A DNA stretch of 64,000 bases from Anolis carolinensis (lineage: Eukaryota), in assembly GCF_035594765.1 (NCBI RefSeq), contig NC_085846.1, positions 11,023,190-11,087,189 on the forward strand, written 5' to 3'. A program made the translations under genes and the position numbers. Positions 38,346 through 49,275 of the stretch are shown one piece after another. The notes beneath the pieces were generated by a model that was given only the letters and a program-made list of their open reading frames with translations, was not told the DNA's origin and did not search any database. Every line of letters starts with the position of its first letter. Within the stretch, counting starts at the first letter, position 1.

Positions 38346-39276
38346 GTGCCCTCTATTCCAGTGTCCAAATCTTTGTGACCTGGAAATCCCAAATATACCA
38401 ACACATCCACCTTCATTTCGTTTCCTCCCTTCTGACTTGATTGTTCGTTTTGAGTCTACAGTCTGACAGAGGAGAGTGTAAAACAGTCACTTCCTATTCT
38501 ACAAACTTGGAAATACCTCCTTGCTGTTAAACTCTGTTAAGTGGCAAATTTTCCCGCAAAAAATAGAATAAAATAGAGTTCTGTTTTGTTATAAAAATTT
38601 GTCTCCAACTGGCTAATGCACATTGGGCAGAAAAATGCCAGCCCTTCAAATTGAATCCAGATACTAGATGATCTTTGTGTTTGAAAAGCTGAATGACTAA
38701 TGCCAAAGATGATGCCAGCGCTTAAGAATTGACTTCTTATGATTTCATCCAATTTTATTCATGTATAGCCCACTCCCCCACCTCCACATATTCAGGCTCA
38801 AGGCAGCTTACAGAATATTAAAACCTCTGCACACAGACAGACCACCATTCAGAAGAGCTAACAGAGAAGTCCTCCCTCTTGGGTTTTTTTTCCCCTTCTT
38901 TTTTCCAATTCCTCAATAATTCGAGCCAAATGCGCTGGAAGTGGAATTTGGAGCCACTCGAAAGGAAAACAAAAAACAAAAACAGGCAGACCGACCGCAT
39001 TTACTGAGCTTGTCATTGGAAATAGCCTTGTCTGCTGAAAGAAAGAGCCGGTGAGTTTTAAAAACCTTCCTTATGTTCATAACCTTGGCTCAGAGAAGCC
39101 AAAGAGGAAAGTAGGTCAGTAAGACAGGGAGGGATTTGAAACAGACAGTGCTGGGAAAGATGGAGATCAAAAGGACAATTGTTGTCAAATGGTCTGATAC
39201 ATTTTGGAAATGAGAGAAGCTGGGTGGCAGAGCTATGGATGTCAGAGTCCTTGAAAAAAAAATATATATATTCCTC

Positions 39277-39447
39277 CACTGAGCTGCTATGAACGAGTTT
39301 CAGCAAAACCCAGACAGATTGGGGAAAACTGAAAGGCACAACAGATTGTACCATTGTCCAAAACAGACAATGACACAATCTGTTGTGCCTTTCAGTTTTC
39401 CCCGATCTGTCCAGGGTTTGCTGAAACTCGCTCATAGCGGCTCAGTG
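39277..39447. repeat. ~170-bp near-perfect palindrome (MITE-like hairpin)
   Basis: cactgagctgctatgaacgagtttcagcaaa...tttgctgaaactcgctcatagcggctcagtg; ~80-bp arms around a short loop. Confidence 0.85.
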
Positions 39448-39983
39448 ATGTTTTTCTCCCCTCAAGCACTCTATTGTTGTGAGTAGGGATGGGCGAGCAT
39501 TTCATCTCTTCTAGTTGCCCAAAACCACAATTGCTCTCATATCTGGAATAGACAGAATGTGAGATTTAAAATATCTGAATGCCAGGAAACCCAGACTGGC
39601 AAATTTTGATGTCTGATGCTTGGGTTTGAATTTGAAGTTGGTTGCATTTACACTGTAGAATTAGTGCAGTTTAACACACCTATAGAAAGAATCATGGGAA
39701 TTGTATCCTGGTGGGGCACCAGAACTCTTTGGCAGAGAAGGATTGTAAAACTACCACTCCTGTGATTGCATACCACAGTGTAGATGTGCCAGTGGCTACA
39801 ATTAAAAGTAGTGAAGTCTCCTGCATGTTTAATGGGTTCTTAATTGGGTTCTTTGGAGGAATAGTGAAATACAAATCTGAGGAATACATGAAAAACATAT
39901 AACCAAGCACTCTTTTCTTATTCCTGGAATGATTTAGGGGCCAACTTTTCCCCTCTGGGATGAAGGATCCTAGCAGAACTACT

Positions 39984-42900
39984 ATGTTCAAGCATCACAT
40001 CTTCCTGGAGTGTCTCCTGATTTTGCTTTCCTTTCTCCGGCCAGTAGCTACAGGCCATTGCCAACTGTTCCCAAGATCCATCTGCAGGAAGCCGGCTCCC
40101 TTTGTTCCTGGATATAACTTCATTGGTGAAGGGGTTGACATCACTACTCTGGCCAGGAAAGGGGCATATGTAGTGGATGCCAGCCGGTGGCAAGGACCCA
40201 ATGGAACATGCACCTTATGCCGAAATCCTCTAATGGCTGGGCAGCTACAGAGACTCCCCTTGACCAGTGTGGACTGGCGGGCACATGGGAATTGCCATCG
40301 GCAAGTGAGCAGCTCGGTGGAGAACTCAGATGTGGACGTGGCCCACTCCATGGCCAGGGACGTGAGCAACGACTGGGAAATCGAACTGGGGTTGCCTACA
40401 GAGGCACCAAATAACTGGCAAAAAGAGCTAGGGCTTTCCAAGGCCCGGGTAGCCTTTGCAGGATCTCAATCCCAAATGACACTCTATGCGCATGAGAAAT
40501 CTTTGCAGGACAGGCACAGCTTTGTGAAGCAGGAGATCTCCTGTGAACACTACCGGTAAGCATCACTGGCACCACAAAAAGTTAATGCAATGGATTTAAG
40601 AGGAGGGGTCTCTCATTAAGAGCGTGTCCTCTGTCTTCTGCATCAAGTCTTATGCCGCAACACACATACCCTCCCCCATTCCAAGAACTGAACATTTATT
40701 TTACCTGGAACAACCTCTGCAGAAGTTTTGCCAGGTAGTTTGAGGTATAAACACACAGCTATATCAGTTTGATATCACTTAGTTCTGTTCTGGAGAATCT
40801 TGGGATCTATTATGGTGAGGTACAATAGGTTCTCCACTTTTGTGTGGGTCAGAACTCCAGCAAAAGTGGGAAACCATGCATTTTTTTTTTTAATGCAACT
40901 TTTCTGTACCGGAGAGAACACCTTTCTAAGAATCTCTAGGTCCTCCACTGGAAGTGTTATCTCGAGGAATCTCTAGGTCTTCCAGCGCAATTCTGTGGTC
41001 ATCTTCTGCCAGAAACTGGCCATAGAGTCATCCTACAAGACCTAGAAATTCTTAATAGGGAACATCTTAATCGCATCCACTTATAATCAAATTCACAAAA
41101 GCTAAATGAGCAGGGGTCCAACTTTATTTAAGAGTCTTTTCTCAAGAGTCCCAGTCCTAGATCTGTACTAGATCTTCCAAGATAGTCTGATTTAGTTCTT
41201 AATAGTTTTTCTCAGAATCATAATTGCCCTAAGAATCTTACTTGCCATCTGGCAGACGGTACAGGGTAGGAAAGACAAGGACAAACAGAGAGATAGCTTT
41301 TATCCTAAAGCTGTGGTTATGTTGAACTCCATGGTTTTGCACTGGTGTGGCATTGGGGGCTATATGGTGATGGCTGGAATGTGGAGGTATGGGTATGTGA
41401 TTTTGTGGTGTGTGCTAGGGAAGGAATTTAATTTCATTGTGCAATAGTGCAACGACAATAATGCTATTCTATACTTCGGGGGAATGAACTAGACTCTAAG
41501 GATACATCTACACTGTAGAATTAATGCCGTTTTAAATCACTTTAACTGTCAGGGCTCAATGCTATGGAATCCTAGGATTTGGCATCAGCATGCTTTGGCA
41601 GAGATGGCTAAAGACCTTGTAAAATTGCAACTCCTATAAATCCATAGCATTGAACCATGGCAGTTAAAGTAGTGTCAAGCTGCATTAATTCTACAGTGTA
41701 GACCAGTTATTCCCAAACAGTGGTTGTCCGTTGTGAATCTGCAACCTTTGGTGGTTGAGGCTGCTAGGAGTTGAAGTCCAAAACACCTGGAGGAGTAGAG
41801 TTTAAGAAGCACCAGTGTAGGTGCAACCTAAGAAAGAAGCCCAAATACCCCACGAAACAACAAATCTCCAGATTACTCAGGAAGCGATAATGTTAATTTT
41901 AAAAAAATAACTACATAATGTAGATGCACCCAAAGAGACATATTTTCTCATATTCTCTTTCTTTTTGTCCTGATCAGGTTAAGACTCCAAAATCCTCCCC
42001 TACTGTCCCAGTACTTCTCCCGTGCGCTGGAGAGGCTGCCAAGGAAGTCCAATCTTGAGGAGTACCAGCAGTTTATTAACATCTATGGCACGCACTATAT
42101 CAGCCACGTCAGGTTGGGAGGGCGAGTGCGCCACCTCTTAGCTGTGCGCACTTGCACTATGGCCTTGGCAGGTTTCACAATTTCCAAGATCAAGGACTGC
42201 CTCAATTGGGAGGTTAGTTTGGGACATGAATTGATCTTTGGATCCAGTTCCCTCAAGTCCAAGTGCCAAGAGCTCTGGGGAGCAAAGGGCTGGGGAAACT
42301 TTTATGACATCTACAGTGGACAACGCACAGAGGTGGTGGGAGGAGACCAGCGGGTGGAGATGCTCTTCTCGCAAACCGGAGAGGTCCAGCGCTTTTCGGA
42401 ATGGATGGAGACGGCGAAAACAAAACCTGGTTTGATCTCTTTCTCCCTCCTACCTCTTCATATGTTGTTGCCCCGATCAGATCCAAGGAGGGACTTGTTG
42501 AAGCGAGCCATTGTGGGTCATATCAACCAGAGAGCCCTTAAGAGGGACTGCCCACAAGACTGCCCATCCTGGAGCACCCAAAACTCAGAGAAGAGCTGCA
42601 CATGTAAATGCCAAGCCGATGCTGTCGTCAATGACATGTGTTGCGCCTGGGAACGAGGCCGGGCACGTCTCAGCTTCACTATTTTCACTGGTGCCAACCT
42701 TTGGGGCGACCAAGTCACCGCCACCGACGCCTACGTCAAGGTTTTCTTCCAAGACCAGGAAAGGCGGACCAAGGTAGTCTGGAACAACAACAACCCCAAC
42801 TGGACTGAAACTGTGGATTTTGGGGCCGTGACGCTGATGGCGCACAACCCCTTTACAGTGGAACTGTGGGACGACGACGTCTGGCACGACGACCTGCTGC

Positions 42901-43139
42901 AGAAATGTCGTGGCAATTTGGTGGCCGGAGGAGGCACCGTTGGGCTCACTTGTCATTCACGTTATGGGCACATCGAATTTTCTTACTTGTTGGAGTGTGG
43001 ACGCACATTGGGAGGCCCCAGTTGTTATGACTATGTCCCCTTACAGCTGCCAACATCATATTTCAGCAACACCAGTTCTCCGTTCCGTGCTTTATCTTTG
43101 TCTCATATGTTTCAGGAAGACTTTCAGCTGCAGGAGTAG
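39984..43139 (+). CDS. Perforin-1-like protein (MACPF-EGF-C2), 577 aa
   Basis: Two coding exons, 39984-40555 and 41978-43139 (GT-AG, phase 2, as in PRF1). Signal peptide; FVPG...GEG.DITT; CTLC.NPL; MACPF signature YGTHY...LGG; EGF-like Cys cluster; C2 with Ca2+-binding Asp residues (GD...TD, WDDD..DDL). An alternative in-frame ATG lies at 39960. Confidence 0.93.
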
Positions 43140-43678
43140 GACAAACCCGAACAAAGCGAAGGATAAGACTGGAATAAAGCTGCTGAGCAAGTAAGGCAAA
43201 TGCAAGCCTGATAACACTATGTAACACAATTTTTGTTCTTGGGTTATAAATGTCATTTCCGAATTGAATGTATCATAAAAAACATGGAAAAGGTTTATTA
43301 AACTGCAAAACCTTTGTTTTTCTGGGCCATCCTGCAGCACATTTTGCTATAGTTTTTCAATGACTATCTCATAGGGTCTGAATCAATTCAACATAGTTTG
43401 TGGCAGCCACAAAAATGACGTTTCTGGAGTATAACAATTACATTTGAAGTAAGTGCCGCACAATTAAACCGGAAATAGCACTTTCAACCCAGAAACAGGA
43501 CATTTTAAAAAATGTGCTACTTAGTGTAAAAGGGGCCAGATGGATCTAAGGGTGCTAACTGCTTTGTGATAAGTTTTATGTATATGATAATATGTAATTT
43601 TAAGTGATTAAATGAACCAAAGGATGATAATAGTCTCTGGCTCCCTATCTCTGGGTGATAGGGCAGGTTATAATATTA

Positions 43679-44007
43679 TAGTAGAGTCTCACTTATCCAG
43701 CATAAACAGGCCAGCAGAATGTTGGATAAGTGAATATGTTGGATAATAAGGAGGGATTAAGGGAAAGCCTATTAAACCTAAAATTACATTATGATTTTAC
43801 AAATTAAGCACCAAAACATCATGTTTTACAAGATATTGACAGAAAAAGCAGTTCAATACATAGCAATGTTATGTAGTAATTACTGTATTTATGAATTTAG
43901 CACCAAAACATCACAATGTATTGAAAAGATTGACTACGAAAACATTGATTACTAAAAGGCAGACTGCATTGGATAATCCAGAACACTGGATAAGTGAGAC
44001 TCTACTG
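43679..44007. mobile_element. Tc1/mariner-type MITE
   Basis: TIRs (t)agtagagtctcacttatcca / tggataagtgagactctactg with a TA flank. Confidence 0.8.
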
Positions 44008-44011
44008 TATT

Positions 44012-44507
44012 ATGTGTTGTTGAAGGCTTTCATGGCCGGAATCACTAGGTTGTTGTGCATTTCCAGGCTGTATGGCTATGTTCCAGAAGCATTTTTTTCT
44101 GATGTTTCGCCCACATCTATGGCAGGCATTCTCAGAGGTTGTGAGGTCTGTTGCAGGCTAGGCAAGTGGGGTTGGTATATCTGTGGACAGACCAGGTAGG
44201 GAGAAAGAGATTTTGTTTGTTTGAGGCAAGTATGAATGTTGCAACTTATCATCCTGATTAGTCTTAATGGCTTTGCAAGCTTCATTTCTGCCTGGGGGAT
44301 CCTGGCCTCCAACAGGAAAGTTATTTTTCCCACCCTGGGCCTTCCACAGATATAGAAACCTCCCTTGCTTAGTTTCCCAATATACCTCACAACCTCTGAG
44401 GATGCCTGCCATAGATGTGGGCGAAATGTCAGGAGAGAATACTTCTGGACCATGGCCATGCTTCTGGACCTAGTGATTCCGGCCATGAAAGCCTTCGACA
44501 ACACATT
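44012..44507. mobile_element. Inverted pair of Poseidon-type PLE pLTR fragments
   Basis: The ends atgtgttgttgaaggctttcatggccggaatcactagg and cctagtgattccggccatgaaagccttcgacaacacat are reverse complements. Each arm has a mutated minimal hammerhead. Confidence 0.75.
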
Positions 44508-44558
44508 AAAATAACAATTTCCAGCATTTCATAGTACTAAACCAAAACGTGGGGAAAA

Positions 44559-44892
44559 GGATTTGCTGGGTGGAGACTAGTCTGAATTGGGTTATGAAGC
44601 CATGGCTTCACCTCTGCCCATTGTACTCATATTTGCCGGCCGTGAGTCGTTCCCAAACCCCAAGCAGGCCGCGGAGGCATCCGCGGGAAGGAGTGAATCC
44701 CGTGCCCGCTTCTCCTGCCTCAATCTGGGGCGTTGCCGGAGGCCCGTATCGCTGGGAACTCACCCACCTTCCGAAGGTGGCGCCCTGCTAAGGCGGAAAT
44801 AGCGGCCCTTCTCTCAGACCTTCCCAGAGGAGCAACGAGAGTGACGGACACTCAGCACGTGGCCTCTTCGGAGAGCTTCCTCCCAGCCTGAC
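44559..44892 (-). ncRNA. RPPH1: Nuclear RNase P RNA (H1 RNA)
   Basis: Minus strand has GGAAGCTC, GGGAAGGTCTGAGA (CR-I), GGTGAGTTCCCAG, GACTCACGGCC and CATAACCCAATTCAGACTA (CR-V). P1 is GCTGGG/CCCAGC; TTTT terminator at 44558-44555. The 5' end is estimated to within a few nt from TATA spacing. Confidence 0.96.
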
Positions 44893-44915
44893 TGAAAAGC
44901 TCGCTAGCCCTTCCG

Positions 44916-45251
44916 TATATAAAGGGCGATCCTGAAATATTTTCTACAATATGGTGACTTTTTTGTACCTGTTTCCACTCTACTTCTTTCTTTGAGTACA
45001 CACAATTTGAAAGGATTTAGGATAGTAATGCTGTGCTTGGAAAATTTAATTGAGGGTGAAAAAAACATACTACACGCCTAGGAAGGTTGAGGCCATAGTG
45101 CAATGCGATTAATTTACATATTCCCGCCTCTCTCCCCGTTTGTCTCCGCCCTCCTAACCTTTTCAGCCTATCAGCGTTCAGTATTTTTACCGCGGCGCTC
45201 CTCCTTCGTTCCTTCCTAGAAGTTCACATGTAAATGACAGCATATGCAAAT
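44916..45251 (-). promoter_or_regulatory. Type 3 Pol III promoter of RPPH1, part of the RPPH1/PARP2 bidirectional promoter
   Basis: TTTATATA at 44923-44916 and PSE TCACCATATTGTAGAAA at 44957-44941. ZNF143/Staf-like actacacgcctaggaagg at 45069-45086; octamer variant ATTTACAT at 45112-45119; perfect ATGCAAAT at 45244-45251. Confidence 0.8.
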
Positions 45252-46109
45252 GAGAAGGCGGGCCCAGCTGGCCGGTAGAACGTTCCCGGGAGCGCGCGCA
45301 AAGGGAAGCAGGGGAAAAATAGGGTGGCGTTTTGCAGCATTGGTTGTAAAGAGCGCAGCCGGAAATTGGTAGGTTGCAAAAGGGATGGGGCTCAATAAGG
45401 GTGCAAATCGTCATCGTAAGGTAAACATAGATATATCTGTTGCTAAGATATGTTTATTAAGGGAGTATTAATGCAGTTTGACACCACTTTAACTGCCATG
45501 ACTCAATGCTATGGAATTATGGGAGTTGTATTTTACTATTATTTATTGTTATTATATTTATTTCTACCCCTCAGGAGACTCAAAGCGGCTTAAACATAAA
45601 AACATTAGCATAAAATATGCTAATATTAAAACAGCATTAAACATCATTAGTATTTAAACAATTCAGATTAAATCAATAAAAAAGCATATAAAAAAACATA
45701 TAAAACCACAGCAGACTTACTTTTGCAAGGTCTTGAGACCTCTCTGGCATTGAAGGCTAGTACCTCTCCAAACTAGAACTCCCAAGATTATATAGTGAAC
45801 CAGGGCATTTAAAGTGGTGTCAAACCACATTTATTCTGCAGTGTAGAGTGCCCTTTAAGCAGCGAGAAAGAAATGGTGGGGATTTGTAATAGGACATGTA
45901 CTATTGTGTTACTTTTTTCAGCTGTTTTAAAAAAGTAGAGGCCTTTATTTTTATAAGAAGTTGGTTTGCAAATATGTTCCTTGCACTGCTGTCTACACTA
46001 TGTAAAATGTGTCTCCCAGGGTGAATATTTTGGGAGTCAAGGCAACATGATCATATGCTGGGTGAACAATATGTTTATGCTTGACACGCCTTCTTCCTCT
46101 TGGCATGTT

Positions 46110-47180
46110 TCTCCCTTTCACCCTCCATTCGTGCCTCTTCAAATACCATAGCACTACTGGTCACAGCTGACTTCTAGCTGGAGCGTTCAAGAGTCAGGGC
46201 TTCCCAGTTCTCAGTGTCTATGCCACAGTTTTTAAGGTTAACTTTGAGCCCATCTTTAAATCTCTTTTCCTGCCCACCAACATTACGTTTTCCGTTCTTG
46301 AGATGGGAGTATAGTAACTGCTTTGGGAAACAGTGATCAGGCATTTGGACAACATGGCCAGTCCAGTTGATGGTGTAGGAGCATCGCTTCAGTGCTGGTG
46401 GTCTTTGCTTCTTCTAGCACGCTGGGATTTGTCTGCCTGCCTTCCCAAGAGATTTGCAGGATTTTTAGGAGGCAACATTGATGGAATCGTTCCAGGAGTT
46501 GAGTGTGACGTCTGTAGACCACGTTTCTCAGGCGTATAACAGTGTTGGGAGGACAGTAGCTTTATAAACAAGCACCTTTGTACCCTTACAGATGTCCCGA
46601 TCCTCAAACACTCTCTGCTTCATTTGGAAGAATGCTGCACTTGCAGAGCTCAGACGGTGTTGTATTTCAGTGTCAATGTTGATTTTTGTGGAGAGGTGGC
46701 TGCCAAAGTAGCGGAAATGGTCAACATTTTCTAACATTACACTATTAAGTTGTATTTCTGGCGTTGCAGAAAGATTAGCTGGTGACTGCTAGAAGAGCAC
46801 TTTGGTTTTCTTAATATTCAATGAGAGCCCGTGCTTCTTGTATGCTTCTGTAAAGGTGTTTTATAGTGGCTTGTAGGTCTTTTTCTGAATGTGCACAGAC
46901 TATGTTATCATTGGCATATTGGACTATGTTGTGGATGTTGTTGTGGCCTTGCTTTTGGCTTTCAGTCTACTGAGGTTAAATAGCTTGCCTTCTGTCCGAT
47001 AGATGATTTCCACTCTGGTGGGAAGCTTCCCATCAACAAGATGAAGTATCGTAGCCATGAAGATGGAAAATAAGGTTGGGGCAATAACACATCCCTGATT
47101 GACACCCGATTCCATCTTTAATGGGTCATTTTGCGGCCCAAGACTGTTGCCATCATGTCATTCTGGAGGAGCTGTAGGGT
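46110..47180 (-). mobile_element. Decayed RTE-clade LINE fragment in PARP2 intron 1
   Basis: Frameshifted RT peptides: GVNQGCVIAPTLF; LENVDHFRYFGS.LS...ID.EI..R; QLLERFHQ.CL..IL.I.W. Confidence 0.85.
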
Positions 47181-48193
47181 GGTGGGAACTAACCTGTTAA
47201 TAATAATATGAGCCTAATAATATGCTTCAAAAATGTTTCAAGTACCGGTCTTCTAAAACAAGTAATATTGCTCTTGGCAGGGTAAGTATATTGAGTCACC
47301 CATAGGACATGATTAATTAGGCAAGCAAACAACAAAAACATTTCCCTGCTGGCTAAATGGCAGTATCGTACGGTACAGAGAGGTGCTAACATGTGTAAGC
47401 ATTCTCGGATGCATCTGCACTGCACTTTGCCACCACTTGTAAGTACCATGGAATCATGGTAGGCACCAACACTCTTTGGCAGAGAAGGTAGAAGACCTTG
47501 TGAAACTACCTCTCCCAGGATTCTATAGCATTGAGCCATGGCAGCTCAAGTAGTGTCAAAGTGCATTAATTCTAAAGTATAAACGCATCTCAAAAATCTT
47601 GCAAAGACCAGCATACCGTGTCAATAAAAGTGTGTTCATCATCTGGGGCCTACTAACATCACGTGCATGAAATGTTTTTTATCCTCACCTGACATATAAA
47701 CAGATAAACATTTCTGAACACAGTGAGTTGGATCCAATATCAGTGCATGCAGCTGGGCTACATGGCAAGTCTTCAAGGTCTCTGAGGCCGCTTCTACACA
47801 ATCCAGATTATATGCATTGAACTGGGTTATATGGCAGTGTAGACTCATTTAATCCAATTCAAAGTGGATTGCCTGCTTTGATAATCTGGATTATATGGCA
47901 GTGTGGAAGGGTCCTCGTCTGAGCCCCCTTCCACACAGCTCTATAAACTCCACCATTATCTATTTTGAAATGGGTTATATGGCAGTGTGGACTCAGATAA
48001 CCCAGTTCAAAGGAGATATTGTGGATCATCTGCCTTGATATTCTGGGTTATATGGCTGTGTGGAAGGCCCCAGAGAGGCAAATTTGCCAGTTCCTTCCTC
48101 TGGGATATAAATGATGGTGATAAGAAGTTATTGTTGAGGTTATTTCTCCATGACCATTCACAGTTTTATGTCCACCCTGTCATTGGCTCAGGG

Positions 48194-49212
48194 ATGGGGA
48201 GGAAACGAAAGGCCCCGGAGTCTCAGAACGGAGAGCCCAGTTCCTCTGGGGTTGATCTAGAACTGCGCTGGGAATGGGAGAGCGGTGATAACCGATGGCA
48301 GCAGTTTCCACCTGGAGAGAACGAAGCTTTGAGCCAAGCCGCCAGGTGAGTTGGGGAGAGTCTTCTGTTGATGACATGTCAGGTGAGAATTGTTCCGGAC
48401 TCTGTCATGGAGGATGTCTGTCTTTCCTGTAGGGCTGGGAAGCTGTCCTCAGATATTGGGGAGTCCTGTATTGATTTGCGCAGGATGGTGCAGCAGGATA
48501 AACAGACCGGGGAGGAAACCCGTGTGGCTGCGGCTGTCCGGGATCAGGATTCCTGTGAGTTAGGCTTTTATCATAGTTTCATTATTTAAAGGCATTGTAT
48601 ATAATTCATTCATTCAAATACTACATGTAAGCCTTCAAACAGCACTGCACAGCATTAAAAACCAACTCCAGCCAGGTTCTAAAGCCTGACAGCATAAACA
48701 TCAAGTGTCCATGTTGATCCCTCGGTGGCGCAGCGGGTTACACCGCTGAGCTGCTCAACTTGCTGACCGACAGATCAGCGTTTTGAGTGGGGTGAGCTCC
48801 TGCTGTTAGCCCCAGCTTCAGCCAACCTAGCAGTTTGAAAATATGCAAGTGTGAGTAGATCGATAGGTACTGCTCCAGCGGGAAGGTAACAGTGCACCAT
48901 GCAGTCATGCCGGCCACATGAGATGCCATTGATTGTAAAGTGCACCCTAATTTCAGCAGCACCAATAGACCTTTTATGTTTCCTGCACATTCCCTATACT
49001 ATTTAATATATGGGGACCATGAATGTGTATCAGTTCAGAATGTGTAACTCTATCTTATGTACTTGTAACTGCAATCATGAATTCTTGATGTCATTTGTAC
49101 TAAACGGTAAGCCAAAATTCTGGGAAGTTTCTAATTTGAGTTTAGGGCTATATTTTATTTGCTGCTAGGCAGATTATTTCCCATAGCACAATGAAATGTT
49201 TGTTTAGAGCTT

Positions 49213-49275
<63 letters not shown>

